Below, piece after piece: positions 7,533 to 15,954 of a stretch of DNA of 64,000 nt. Position numbers and translations under genes: made by a program. Origin of the DNA: Streptosporangiaceae bacterium (GTDB taxonomy: Bacteria > Actinomycetota > Actinomycetes > Streptosporangiales > Streptosporangiaceae); the NCBI GenBank assembly GCA_035606435.1, contig DATNFM010000054.1, positions 3,413 through 67,412 on the forward strand. The letters run 5' to 3'. The notes under the pieces are model-generated. The model had not been told where the DNA came from and did not search any database. It was given only the letters and a program-made list of their open reading frames with translations. The stretch's first letter is position 1, and each line of letters opens with the position of its first letter.

Positions 7533-10500
7533 TCAGAGGCCGTCGCGATAGGCAATCGCGGCGGCCTCCGTCCTGCTTCCGGCCTTCAGCTTCGCGAGGA
7601 TGTTGGACACGTGCACGCTGGCCGTCTTCGGCGAGATGAACAGCTCGGAGCCGATCTCCCTGTTGCTATGGCCGGCGGCCAGCAGCTTCAGCACCTCAAG
7701 CTCCCGCTCGGTCAGGCCCGACAGCGGGCTGCCGCCTGCGGCGCCGGACTGACCGGGCCCGTCACTGGCCGGGCCCGCGATCCTCGCCCGGCGCCCCAGA
7801 TCACTCAGCGCCGCCAGGAGCGGCGCGGCCCTCAGGTTCTTCGCGGTCGCGGTCGCCAGCAGCAACTCTTCGCGGGCCGCTGCCCGGTCACCAGCTTCGG
7901 CCAGAGCCTCGGCCAGCCGCCAGCGCGACCTCGCGGTCTCGTACACGAATCCCGGCGCGAACGCGTCGACGACGCCGCGCCAGGCGGCCGGATCGTTCGC
8001 CCCGCTGACCCGGCTCCATTCCGCTTCCGCCCTGGCCAGCCAGCCGCGGCCGTCCACACCCAGCGTGAATCCCTGCGAACTGCGGTAGGCACCGCCCGTG
8101 CGGGCGATCTCGACCAGATCGCGCGCCTGGTCCACGGCCCTGTGCGCGGTCATGGCGTCGCCACCCGCCCGGCACACTGCCGCCTGATCGGCCAGCGCGC
8201 TCAGCCCGATGGCGGCGACTCTGATGGCCTCCGGGCCGATCTCGCCGTCGCCGAATGCCTTCATCACCCGAACGGTCGCCAGCACCTCGGTGACCGCGGT
8301 GGTGGTGTCGCCGCGCCAGAGCGCCTGCTCGGCGAGCAGACCGCGGGTGATGTACTCGACGAACGAGTCCCGGCGGAACATGGGCTCGAGCCAGCGGCGT
8401 CGCTCCTCGACCGACGGCAACCCGCGCGCGACGGTGACGAATAGCGACATCGCCGACAGGCGGGCTTCGGCTGGATTGGCGACGCGCACCGCAAACCCAT
8501 CGGCGATCTCCTGCGCGTGGTCCCACCGGCCGTCGGCGAAATGCGCCAGGTAATGCACGTACTGCAGGTCGATGCCGTACTGGGCCAGCCCCAGGCCAGC
8601 GCCCTCGGCGGTCGCGGCGCCCTCATGCGCCCGGCGGGCCGCGGCGACCAGGTCACCTTGCTCAAGCTGCAGCCGGGCGAGCTGGAACGTGGCCCGCAGC
8701 TGAACCCCGAGCACCTTAGCTTCGATCGCTTGCTCGTGGGCGGTGTTGAGCTGCTCGGCGGCGGCTTCGATCTTGCCTGACCGCTCACTGATCAGCCCGA
8801 GCGTGACCAAAGCGTCCGCCTCGACCCACGGAGCGGCGGCCGCTCGGGCGGCCTCCCTGGCCTGCTCCGCACGCAACCTGGCCGGCTCGGTACTCGACAG
8901 GCCGAGCAACGCCCGCGCATGCGTGGCCAGGGCCCTGGCGTACTCCCAGGTCGGCGGGTCGGCAGGCAGTGCGTCCACCGCTGCCTGCGCGATCTCGGCC
9001 GCCGCGTCTTCCTCGCCAAGATCATTGAGGAAATAGCTGAGCCGCTCGGAAATCCGGCTCAGCAGGATCTGGTCGCCACTGTCACGGATATAGGGAAGAG
9101 TGCGCCTCAACTGGGCGACCGCTCGCGCTAGGTCGCCGCCATCGGCGGCACTGATGGCCGACCGGTAGGCGAGCTTGCCCCGGCCGATGCCGCCGAGCTT
9201 CTTGGGATCGCTTACCCGGTCCCACAGCGACAGCGCAAGGTCGTAGTGCCGGTGCGCTTCGGCGGGCGCGGCGAGTTTCTCGGCCTCGCGGCCGGCCCGG
9301 ATCGAGGCGGTGAACGCCGTCGGGACGTCATGGCTCGCCAGCGCGTGGTGGGCCAATTCGGCCGCAGTCCCGGGGACGTCGGCGAGCCTGTGATCGTCGG
9401 CCAGCAGCTCAGCCAGCCGGCCGTGCAACCTGGTGCGCTCACCTGGGAGCAGGTCGGCGTAGACGGCCTCGCGGACCAGCGCGTGCCGGAACGAATAGCC
9501 CTGCTCACCGTCGGGCACCAGCAACTGGTTGGCGACCGCTTCCCTGACGGCGCTGTCGTAGACCGGCGCGTCGAGACCGGAGGCCCGCCTGACCAGCTCG
9601 TCGTCGACCCGGCGGCCGGCGACGGCGGCCGTGCGCAACACCTGCTGGGCCTGCGCAGACAGCCGCTCTACCCTGGCGAGCAGCAAGTCAGCTAGGCCAG
9701 CCGGCAGGTAAGAGCCGTCGGCGGAGGCTTCCAGCAGCTCCTCTGCGTAGTAGGCGTTGCCTTCGGCCCGCGTGATCATCTGATCGATAGCGCGCGCTTC
9801 GAGCGGCTTCGAGGACAAGCTGGAGAGCAACGTCGCCATGGCCGAGGAACTGAGCGGCCCGAGCTCGATCGACGTCACGTCAGGGAGCCGCTGCAGCTCG
9901 GCGATCAGCGGGCGGAGCGGGTGCCGTCGATGCAGGTCGTCGCTGCGATAGGTAGCGATCAGGGCCAGCCGCTCGTTGTGCAGCATCCGGCTGAGGAAAT
10001 TGACCAGGTCACGGGTGGACTGGTCGGCCCAGTGCAAGTCTTCGAGTACCAGCAGAACCGGCGCCACGCCGGCCAGCTCGGTCAGCAGCCCGAGCACCGC
10101 CCCGAACAGCTGCTGCTGCACCAGGCCAGGAAGGTCTCCACCGGCCGGCTGGCTGTCGTCCCGGTCAGGGAGCAGCCGCGACAGCACCGGACGAGCGGCC
10201 AGCGCGTCGAGCAAGGCCCCACCCGGTGACGGTCGGTTCGTCGCGTCCCTCAGCGCGTCCGCCAGCGGGAGATAAGGCACCGCGTCGCCAAGTTCGGCGC
10301 ACCGGCCGGACAGCACGGTGAAACCCCGGTCACGCGCCCGCGCGGCCAGCTCGGTGACCAGACGGGTCTTGCCCACGCCAGCGTCCCCGCTGATGAGCGT
10401 GACGACAGGCTGCCCGGCCGCGGCTGTATCCAGCAGCGCGAGCAGCTGGCTGAGCTCGGCATCCCTGCCGACCAGCCGGTTACCTGTCAAGGGAAACACC

Positions 10501-10601
10501 ACTCCAGTATCACAGCAAGCACTGACACGCGGACCGCATGAAGCGGCCCGGTAATGGTTGATTGGGGAGATCCTGGCCGACGCGCCAGGCAGCCCGGTCA
10601 C
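7533..10601 (-). CDS. Large ATP-binding LuxR-family (LAL-type) transcriptional regulator
   Basis: Walker A GDAGVGKTRL near the N-terminus; C-terminal LuxR HTH (LTERELEVLKLLAAGHSNREIGSELFISPKTASVHVSNILAKL). The true start may be GTG 10502 or 10499. Confidence 0.85.
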   Translation of the reverse strand: MTGLPGASARISPINHYRAASCGPRVSACCDTGVVFPLTGNRLVGRDAELSQLLALLDTAAAGQPVVTLISGDAGVGKTRLVTELAARARDRGFTVLSGRCAELGDAVPYLPLADALRDATNRPSPGGALLDALAARPVLSRLLPDRDDSQPAGGDLPGLVQQQLFGAVLGLLTELAGVAPVLLVLEDLHWADQSTRDLVNFLSRMLHNERLALIATYRSDDLHRRHPLRPLIAELQRLPDVTSIELGPLSSSAMATLLSSLSSKPLEARAIDQMITRAEGNAYYAEELLEASADGSYLPAGLADLLLARVERLSAQAQQVLRTAAVAGRRVDDELVRRASGLDAPVYDSAVREAVANQLLVPDGEQGYSFRHALVREAVYADLLPGERTRLHGRLAELLADDHRLADVPGTAAELAHHALASHDVPTAFTASIRAGREAEKLAAPAEAHRHYDLALSLWDRVSDPKKLGGIGRGKLAYRSAISAADGGDLARAVAQLRRTLPYIRDSGDQILLSRISERLSYFLNDLGEEDAAAEIAQAAVDALPADPPTWEYARALATHARALLGLSSTEPARLRAEQAREAARAAAAPWVEADALVTLGLISERSGKIEAAAEQLNTAHEQAIEAKVLGVQLRATFQLARLQLEQGDLVAAARRAHEGAATAEGAGLGLAQYGIDLQYVHYLAHFADGRWDHAQEIADGFAVRVANPAEARLSAMSLFVTVARGLPSVEERRRWLEPMFRRDSFVEYITRGLLAEQALWRGDTTTAVTEVLATVRVMKAFGDGEIGPEAIRVAAIGLSALADQAAVCRAGGDAMTAHRAVDQARDLVEIARTGGAYRSSQGFTLGVDGRGWLARAEAEWSRVSGANDPAAWRGVVDAFAPGFVYETARSRWRLAEALAEAGDRAAAREELLLATATAKNLRAAPLLAALSDLGRRARIAGPASDGPGQSGAAGGSPLSGLTERELEVLKLLAAGHSNREIGSELFISPKTASVHVSNILAKLKAGSRTEAAAIAYRDGL

Positions 10602-10686
10602 GTTACGCCGACCGGGACTGCTAACACAACGTTTTTGTCTGCTGTGGCCGGGCTGGCAAGATTCGCTGACAGTGGTGGCTGGCAGA

Positions 10687-12162
10687 ATGCCGGATGTGCC
10701 ACGTTCTAATCGGGGGATTTACCGTGGGCTGCCGCGCGAAGTAGCGATCCTGAGCGCAGTCTCGTTCACGGTCGCACTTGGCTACGGGATCGTCGCACCG
10801 AGCATTCCGGCGTTCGCCAGAGGGTTCGGCGTCAGTGCGGCTGCGGCGGCGAGCGTGATCAGCGCCTTCGCCTTGATGCGGGTGGCGGGAGCGCTGCCCG
10901 CCGGGCGGCTTGCGGACCGGTTCGGCGAGCGACGCACGATGGCCGTCGGGATCGGGATCGTCGCGGTCAGCAGCCTGGTGGCCGGGCTGTCGCACTCCTT
11001 CGTCCAGCTCATCGTGCTGCGCGGCGTCGGCGGGGTGGGCTCGGCGATGTTCAGCGTCGGCGCCCAGACCTTGCTGCTGCGCACGGTGCGGTCCGACCAG
11101 CGAGGCCGGGCGAGCGGCCTGTACACGGGCGCATTCCTGCTGGGCAGCATCAGCGGCCCGGCGATCGGCGGGCTGGTGGCGGCGTGGTCGCTGCGGGCGC
11201 CGTTCTTCATCTACGGCGTCATGCTGGCCATTCCGACCGCCATCGCCTTCGCCGTCCTCCGGGACAAACCCGCGCAGGCCGACGACGCGGACGCTCCAGT
11301 CCAGGACGTGCCAGCGGCAGACGGCGTGCTGACCGGTGGCCAGGTCGCCGACACGCCGGTCCAGGCCGGCCCGGGACAACGTCCCGGCATGCTCGCTGGC
11401 CTCGGCAATGTGCTGCGCAGCCGGGCCTACCAGGCCGCCGCCGCAGCTAATCTCGCCGACGGTTTCGCCGTGCTCGGCGTGCGGAGCGCGATCGTGCCGC
11501 TGTTCGTCCGGGACGTCCTGCACAAGTCGCCGACCTGGACGGGCATCGGCTTCGGCGTCGTCGCCGCCCTGAACGCGGCGATGCTGCTCCCGGCGGGCCG
11601 AGTCGCCGACACGATCGGCCGACGGCCGGTGATCGTGGGCGGCTGCCTGCTGTCGGGCGCCGGCATGATCCTGCTGGCGTTCGTGCCCGGGGTCGGCGGG
11701 TTCCTGGCCGCCATGGCCGCGCTCGGGCTCGGTTCCGGCATGCTCGACGTCGCTCCGGCCGCCATGATCGGCGACCTCCTGGGCAAGTCAACCCCAGCCA
11801 GGCAGGAGAGCACCTCTAGGGAAGGCGACCGGCCCGGAAATAGTGAAGGTCAGCCGGCTGGCGGGGCCCGCGAGCAGCGGGTTGGCGGGACTGTGGTCGC
11901 GTCGTATCAGATGGCTGGTGATGTGGGGGCGGTGACCGGGCCGATCGCGGTCGGGTTCCTGGTTGACTCGGTTTCTTACGGAGCCGCGTTCATTCTGGCG
12001 GCGGCGATCCTCGGGCTGGCGGCCTGCGTCGGGCTGGCGGCACCGGAAACCAGGAAGCTCGCTCGCGGCGGCCGGCCTGCCGCGCCTCCTGGGCCTCCTT
12101 CGGCCGAGCAGATCGACCCATGCGACGACCCGTGCGATCCCTGCCCGAGCCAGCAGCGCTGA
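10687..12162 (+). CDS. MFS transporter
   Basis: AGRLADRFGERR-type MFS loop motif and many TM spans. Start set to ATG 10687 (MPDVPRS). Unusual hydrophilic insertion near 11800..11890. Confidence 0.8.
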   Translation: MPDVPRSNRGIYRGLPREVAILSAVSFTVALGYGIVAPSIPAFARGFGVSAAAAASVISAFALMRVAGALPAGRLADRFGERRTMAVGIGIVAVSSLVAGLSHSFVQLIVLRGVGGVGSAMFSVGAQTLLLRTVRSDQRGRASGLYTGAFLLGSISGPAIGGLVAAWSLRAPFFIYGVMLAIPTAIAFAVLRDKPAQADDADAPVQDVPAADGVLTGGQVADTPVQAGPGQRPGMLAGLGNVLRSRAYQAAAAANLADGFAVLGVRSAIVPLFVRDVLHKSPTWTGIGFGVVAALNAAMLLPAGRVADTIGRRPVIVGGCLLSGAGMILLAFVPGVGGFLAAMAALGLGSGMLDVAPAAMIGDLLGKSTPARQESTSREGDRPGNSEGQPAGGAREQRVGGTVVASYQMAGDVGAVTGPIAVGFLVDSVSYGAAFILAAAILGLAACVGLAAPETRKLARGGRPAAPPGPPSAEQIDPCDDPCDPCPSQQR

Positions 12163-12235
12163 TTGCTAGCCACAGCGTCCGGAAATGGACTATCTGCCCG
12201 ATTTGCCGTTCGGTCGACACGCTTGGACTTAGGCA

Positions 12236-12384
12236 CTTGCCACGGATTTCTGCGTCTTACCACGGATTCTGAACTCACATAATGGTCCAAATTAGTACAT
12301 AATTTGTCTAGAATCCGTGGTAAGACGGCGGGATCCGTGGTAAGACGGCGGGATCCGTGGTAAGTGGTCATAGATCGTGGTAAG
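12236..12384. repeat. 20-bp-period array of GAATCCGTGGTAAG: two inverted copies, a 41-bp AT-rich spacer, four direct copies
   Basis: Inverted copies 12236..12249 and 12256..12269; direct copies 12311..12324, 12331..12344, 12351..12364, 12372..12384. Lies between convergent genes. Confidence 0.8.
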
Positions 12385-12414
12385 TGGGCCGTGGAACTGA
12401 GGAGGTGGGCCGCT

Positions 12415-13263
12415 TTAAGGCGCTGCTGGGTGGCCTGGACGGTCCAGGAGGGCGGTTAGGGCGGAGGTCAGGACGGTCCGGATGTTGGCGATGGAAAGGT
12501 GCTGGTCGCTGCTTAGCAGGTGGAAGGACTCGAACGAGCAGAGCACGTCGGCGGCGGCCAGCACAGCCGCACCGCCAGCAACCGCACCGCCAGCAACCGC
12601 ACCGCGACCGCCCGCGCTAGGCCCGTCACTCCGGCTTTGCCGGTTACGCGCGCCCTGGTCGTCGACCGCATCCGTCCCGACCACCTCTTCGGCTACGCCG
12701 GCCCGTTCGGCTACGTCGGCTTTTGCGGGTGGACTGGCCTCGGGGGCGGGGTTCAGTTCGGGGGCGAACAGGTCGGCTACCTGGGCTCGGAGGATGGCCC
12801 GGTTCTTTGTCAGCTCGGCCGCGAGGACGTGGGCGAACGGGGCGTTGAGGCGGGAGACCTGGGCCACCTGGCCGAGGGCCACGAACAGCCTTAGCCGCTG
12901 GCTGACCAGGGCCTCGATCCGGTCCGCCAGTGGCGCCGCGCGGTCGATGTCGATCGGGACGAGCGGCCTGGCCCGCAGCTCGGCTCGGCAGATTGCCTCG
13001 CGGCACAGGTCTTCGAAGTCGTCGAAATACCTGAACAGGGATCGGTGCGACAGCCCCGCCCGGTCGGCGATCTCGGCGGTGCTCGGCCGCAGATTGGATT
13101 CGCCGTACAGGTCGAGCAGCGCGTCGACGACGGCCATCCGGTTGCGGTCGCGGCGCAGCCGCCGGCCATCACCAGCGGAATCGACACCCGGCGGATCGAC
13201 ACCCGGCGGATCGACACCCGGCGGATCGACACCCGGCGGGTCGACACCCGACTGCCCGCTCAT
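12415..13263 (-). CDS. TetR family transcriptional regulator with repeat-expanded termini
   Basis: TetR HTH (STAEIADRAGLSHRSLFRYF); N-terminal (GVDPP)x4; C-terminal (GGAVA)n. Confidence 0.8.
   Translation of the reverse strand: MSGQSGVDPPGVDPPGVDPPGVDPPGVDSAGDGRRLRRDRNRMAVVDALLDLYGESNLRPSTAEIADRAGLSHRSLFRYFDDFEDLCREAICRAELRARPLVPIDIDRAAPLADRIEALVSQRLRLFVALGQVAQVSRLNAPFAHVLAAELTKNRAILRAQVADLFAPELNPAPEASPPAKADVAERAGVAEEVVGTDAVDDQGARNRQSRSDGPSAGGRGAVAGGAVAGGAAVLAAADVLCSFESFHLLSSDQHLSIANIRTVLTSALTALLDRPGHPAAP
13181..13250. repeat. 15-bp tandem repeat TCGACACCCGGCGGA, about 4.7 copies, in frame in the TetR gene
   Basis: Read directly; encodes GVDPP repeats on the minus strand. Confidence 0.9.
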
Positions 13264-13267
13264 CCGG

Positions 13268-14119
13268 CTAGATCGTGAACGCGAAATTGGACGCCAGCCG
13301 ACGGGCGAGGTCGATGTCGCCGTCGAGCTTGATCTGCCCGGGCGAGGTTTCCGGGTCTTGGCGCCCGCCGGCCAGCCGCAGGAACAGCGACGACGACAGC
13401 GTGATCATCGCGGTCGGCTCGCCGTCGAGCGCGTCGGTCACCCGGGCGCGGCCCTCGACGATCACGTGCAGGTCGCGCTCGATCGGGCCGGTGAGCCTGA
13501 TCAGGACCGCGCTGCCGTCCGGCGCCCGGCCGAGCTTGCCGATGATGTAGCCGAGCGCACCGGTGACCTCGTCCAGCGACCGCTCGGCGGCAGCGCCGGA
13601 CTCGTGACCCGGCCGGCCGACGGCGGACCTGATGTCCTGCTCGTGCATCCAGCAGTCGAAGACCCTGATCTGCATGAACCTGGCGTAGGTTCCAGGTCCG
13701 GCTGGAGTCCAGGACGGAGCGTAGAAATCCCCGGCCGACATCGCGCGCAGGCTGGTCAGCCGCTCGGCCGTGATCCGGTTGAACTCGGCCAGCAACTCCT
13801 GATGCGACAGGCTGCGCAGGGAGACGACCCACGCCTCGTTGACCTTGCCGATGTCGTTGCGCACATGTTCGAAGCCGTGGGCATCGTCCGGCACGGGCGG
13901 CAGGTTCTTCCCCGACAGCGAGTACTCGGTGCCGACCATGTGAGCGAGCACGTCGTGGACGTCCCAGCCGGGCAGCACCGTGGCCGACCAATCCTCGGCC
14001 GGCAGGTCAGTGAGCAGCTCGGTGATCGACGACCATTCCGCACCGAGCAGGTCGATCAGGCGATCCTTGTCGACACCCTGCTGGTCGACGTCGGCCCCCA
14101 TGGCAGTTGCGTCAGTCAC
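13268..14119 (-). CDS. Mycothiol-dependent maleylpyruvate isomerase family protein (DinB-like N-domain, SCP2-like C-domain)
   Basis: [29 protein letters not shown]-terminal signature typical of this actinobacterial family. Confidence 0.65.
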   Translation of the reverse strand: MTDATAMGADVDQQGVDKDRLIDLLGAEWSSITELLTDLPAEDWSATVLPGWDVHDVLAHMVGTEYSLSGKNLPPVPDDAHGFEHVRNDIGKVNEAWVVSLRSLSHQELLAEFNRITAERLTSLRAMSAGDFYAPSWTPAGPGTYARFMQIRVFDCWMHEQDIRSAVGRPGHESGAAAERSLDEVTGALGYIIGKLGRAPDGSAVLIRLTGPIERDLHVIVEGRARVTDALDGEPTAMITLSSSLFLRLAGGRQDPETSPGQIKLDGDIDLARRLASNFAFTI

Positions 14120-14895
14120 GACGGCTCCGTTCGGTTCGGGTGCGGACCAGCGGCCGTTCCAGCGGCCTTCGGATCGGCCTCCCCGAAATCGACCACCTTA
14201 CCCCGGTTAATACTGAGCCAGTCGCGGCCGCGCAGGTACGGCTGGAACGACCTCGTGATGTCCTCGAGATCGGACAGGCTCTTCGGCCTCTGCAACTCAT
14301 ACACATGCGGGAACCCGGTCCAGGCCACCACCGCGTCCCAGAGCCTGGTCGCCGCCTCCCCGCGCGGCGGATCGATGAGCACCGGCCCGAACAGGCACTG
14401 GCCGTCGGGGAAGAACAGTGTCGGCACCCCGAAGCCGCCCGCCTCGATGACCCGGCGGTGCTCGGCCAGCACCTCGTCCCCGGTGCTCGGATCGGCGATC
14501 GCTCGGTCGACCAGCTCGGGATCGTGACCGAGCCGCGCGATGATCTGCTTAGCGACCTCGCGGTCGTGCGGCTTGCCGCCTTCTTCGTGCAGTTCTCGCC
14601 CGGCGGCGGCGTACCAGGCGTCCAGCTGGTCCATGCCCTGACGGCGCAGCAGCGCGCCGATCCGCATCAGCGACCAGCCGTACGTCCACTCGCGCTCCCA
14701 CGGGTGCTTCTTGCCCTCGACCCAGTTGACCTCTTCGAGGCTGAAGAACCGCCAGTTCACGGTCAGTCCGGTCTGATCGCGGACCTCGCGGATCCACAGC
14801 GACGTCTGATACGCGTACGGGCACATCAGGTCGAAATGGAAGTCGACCGAGGCCGGGCGGCCATCGGCGGGTCCAGCGGCGGGGACAGGGCTCAT
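14116..14895 (-). CDS. DsbA-like thioredoxin-fold oxidoreductase/isomerase
   Basis: [12 protein letters not shown] active-site region; 4-nt overlap with the downstream gene. Confidence 0.65.
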   Translation of the reverse strand: MSPVPAAGPADGRPASVDFHFDLMCPYAYQTSLWIREVRDQTGLTVNWRFFSLEEVNWVEGKKHPWEREWTYGWSLMRIGALLRRQGMDQLDAWYAAAGRELHEEGGKPHDREVAKQIIARLGHDPELVDRAIADPSTGDEVLAEHRRVIEAGGFGVPTLFFPDGQCLFGPVLIDPPRGEAATRLWDAVVAWTGFPHVYELQRPKSLSDLEDITRSFQPYLRGRDWLSINRGKVVDFGEADPKAAGTAAGPHPNRTEPS

Positions 14896-14968
14896 TTCGG
14901 CAACGTAACTCTTGACAGCCGCTATGACAAGACTGGCCCCCGCCCCGGCCTGGGTGACCGGCCCCGAG

Positions 14969-15292
14969 CTAGATGAACTCCTCGAACTCAGCCATCAGCG
15001 CGGACTTGGACTTGGCACCGATCACCTGCTTGACCACCTGCCCGCCCGAGAACAACTCGATCGTCGGCGCCATCATGATCCCGTAGCGCTGAACGACCTG
15101 CGGATTCTCGTCGATGTTGAGCTTCACCACGTCCAGGCGATCGGCGTTCTCGGCCGCGATCTCCGCGAGCACCGGCCCGACCATGCGACACGGGCCGCAC
15201 CACGGCGCCCAGTACTCCACGATGACCGGCCGCGGGCTGGACACGACCTCAGCATCGAAATCGGAGTCGGTCACGGACTTGAGTGCGTCCAA
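14969..15292 (-). CDS. trxA: Thioredoxin
   Basis: WCGPC active site (WAPWCGPCR); 107 aa. Confidence 0.9.
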   Translation of the reverse strand: MDALKSVTDSDFDAEVVSSPRPVIVEYWAPWCGPCRMVGPVLAEIAAENADRLDVVKLNIDENPQVVQRYGIMMAPTIELFSGGQVVKQVIGAKSKSALMAEFEEFI

Positions 15293-15315
15293 GGTAGCTT
15301 TCTCCTTCCAGATCT

Positions 15316-15738
15316 TTATGGTTTTGATTTTTCGCCGATTACGGGCAACGGGAGCTCACCCAGGTGCAAGGCAACGCAGTCATCCCGGCTGCCGTGCGCG
15401 CAGACCTGGACCAGCCGGCGCAACCGGCACTGCAGCTCGGCCAGCTCGGCCAGCTGCTCGCCGACCGAGCTGAGCTTGGCCTGCGCCGCGCGGAGGATGT
15501 CGTCGGCGGAGCGCGCCTGCGCCGGACCGAGCAACTCGGCGATCTCACCGAGCGTGAACCCCAGCTGCTGGGCCCGCCGGATGAAGGCGAGCCGCCAGAG
15601 GTCGTCCTCGGTGTACTCGCGGAACCCCGAGCCAACTCGCTCAGGCTGCGCGAGCAGGCCACGGCGCTGATAGAACCTGATCGTCTCGACGCTGACCCCC
15701 TGCGCCGCGGCGAACTTCCCGATCGTCATGCCAGCCAT
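15316..15738 (-). CDS. MerR family transcriptional regulator (Cys-rich C-terminus)
   Basis: MerR HTH (IGKFAAAQGVSVETIRFYQRRGLL). Start taken at Met 35 of ORF 15316..15840. C-terminal cysteines in CRLRRLVQVCAHGSRDDC. Confidence 0.8.
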   Translation of the reverse strand: MAGMTIGKFAAAQGVSVETIRFYQRRGLLAQPERVGSGFREYTEDDLWRLAFIRRAQQLGFTLGEIAELLGPAQARSADDILRAAQAKLSSVGEQLAELAELQCRLRRLVQVCAHGSRDDCVALHLGELPLPVIGEKSKP

Positions 15739-15954
15739 GTTCTGCAAGCTAACAGCCGTACTACGGTACGGAGTCAACTCCAAGCCGGCCGCCCACGCCG
15801 CGGGCGAGCTGCGCGTACTAAGAAATTTCGACCAAATCAACCGTCATGTGCGCCATTGACTGCCATATGCTTAACACTAAGTACAGCTTGCACGGCTCCT
15901 TGCACGGCAATTTGCGGCGCAGGTCGAAGAAGAACCACGGCGACTGGGCGAAAC

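Noticed and set aside
7011-8444. 477-aa plus-strand ORF, and similar long ORFs at 2240..3502(-), 12482..14527(+), 51880..53277(-), 58662..59900(-), 60387..61490(-) and 43487..44569(-)
   Set aside because: These are antisense or out-of-frame shadows of motif-bearing genes. They have Arg/Pro/Gly-rich low-complexity translations typical of spurious ORFs in 70% GC DNA, and none has a recognisable motif.
11815-11850. Hydrophilic insertion in the MFS transporter (STSREGDRPGNSEG, CTAGGGAAGGCGACCGGCCCGGAAATAGTGAAGG) as another decayed hairpin element
   Set aside because: It shares only CCGGAA and GAAGG plus a vague G-then-C pattern. It is too diverged to call without a statistical alignment.
15364-15954. 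N-terminal 197 codons of ORF 15364..17697
   Set aside because: This stretch is antisense to the MerR gene and its translation is low-complexity. The phosphatase start was set at ATG 15955.
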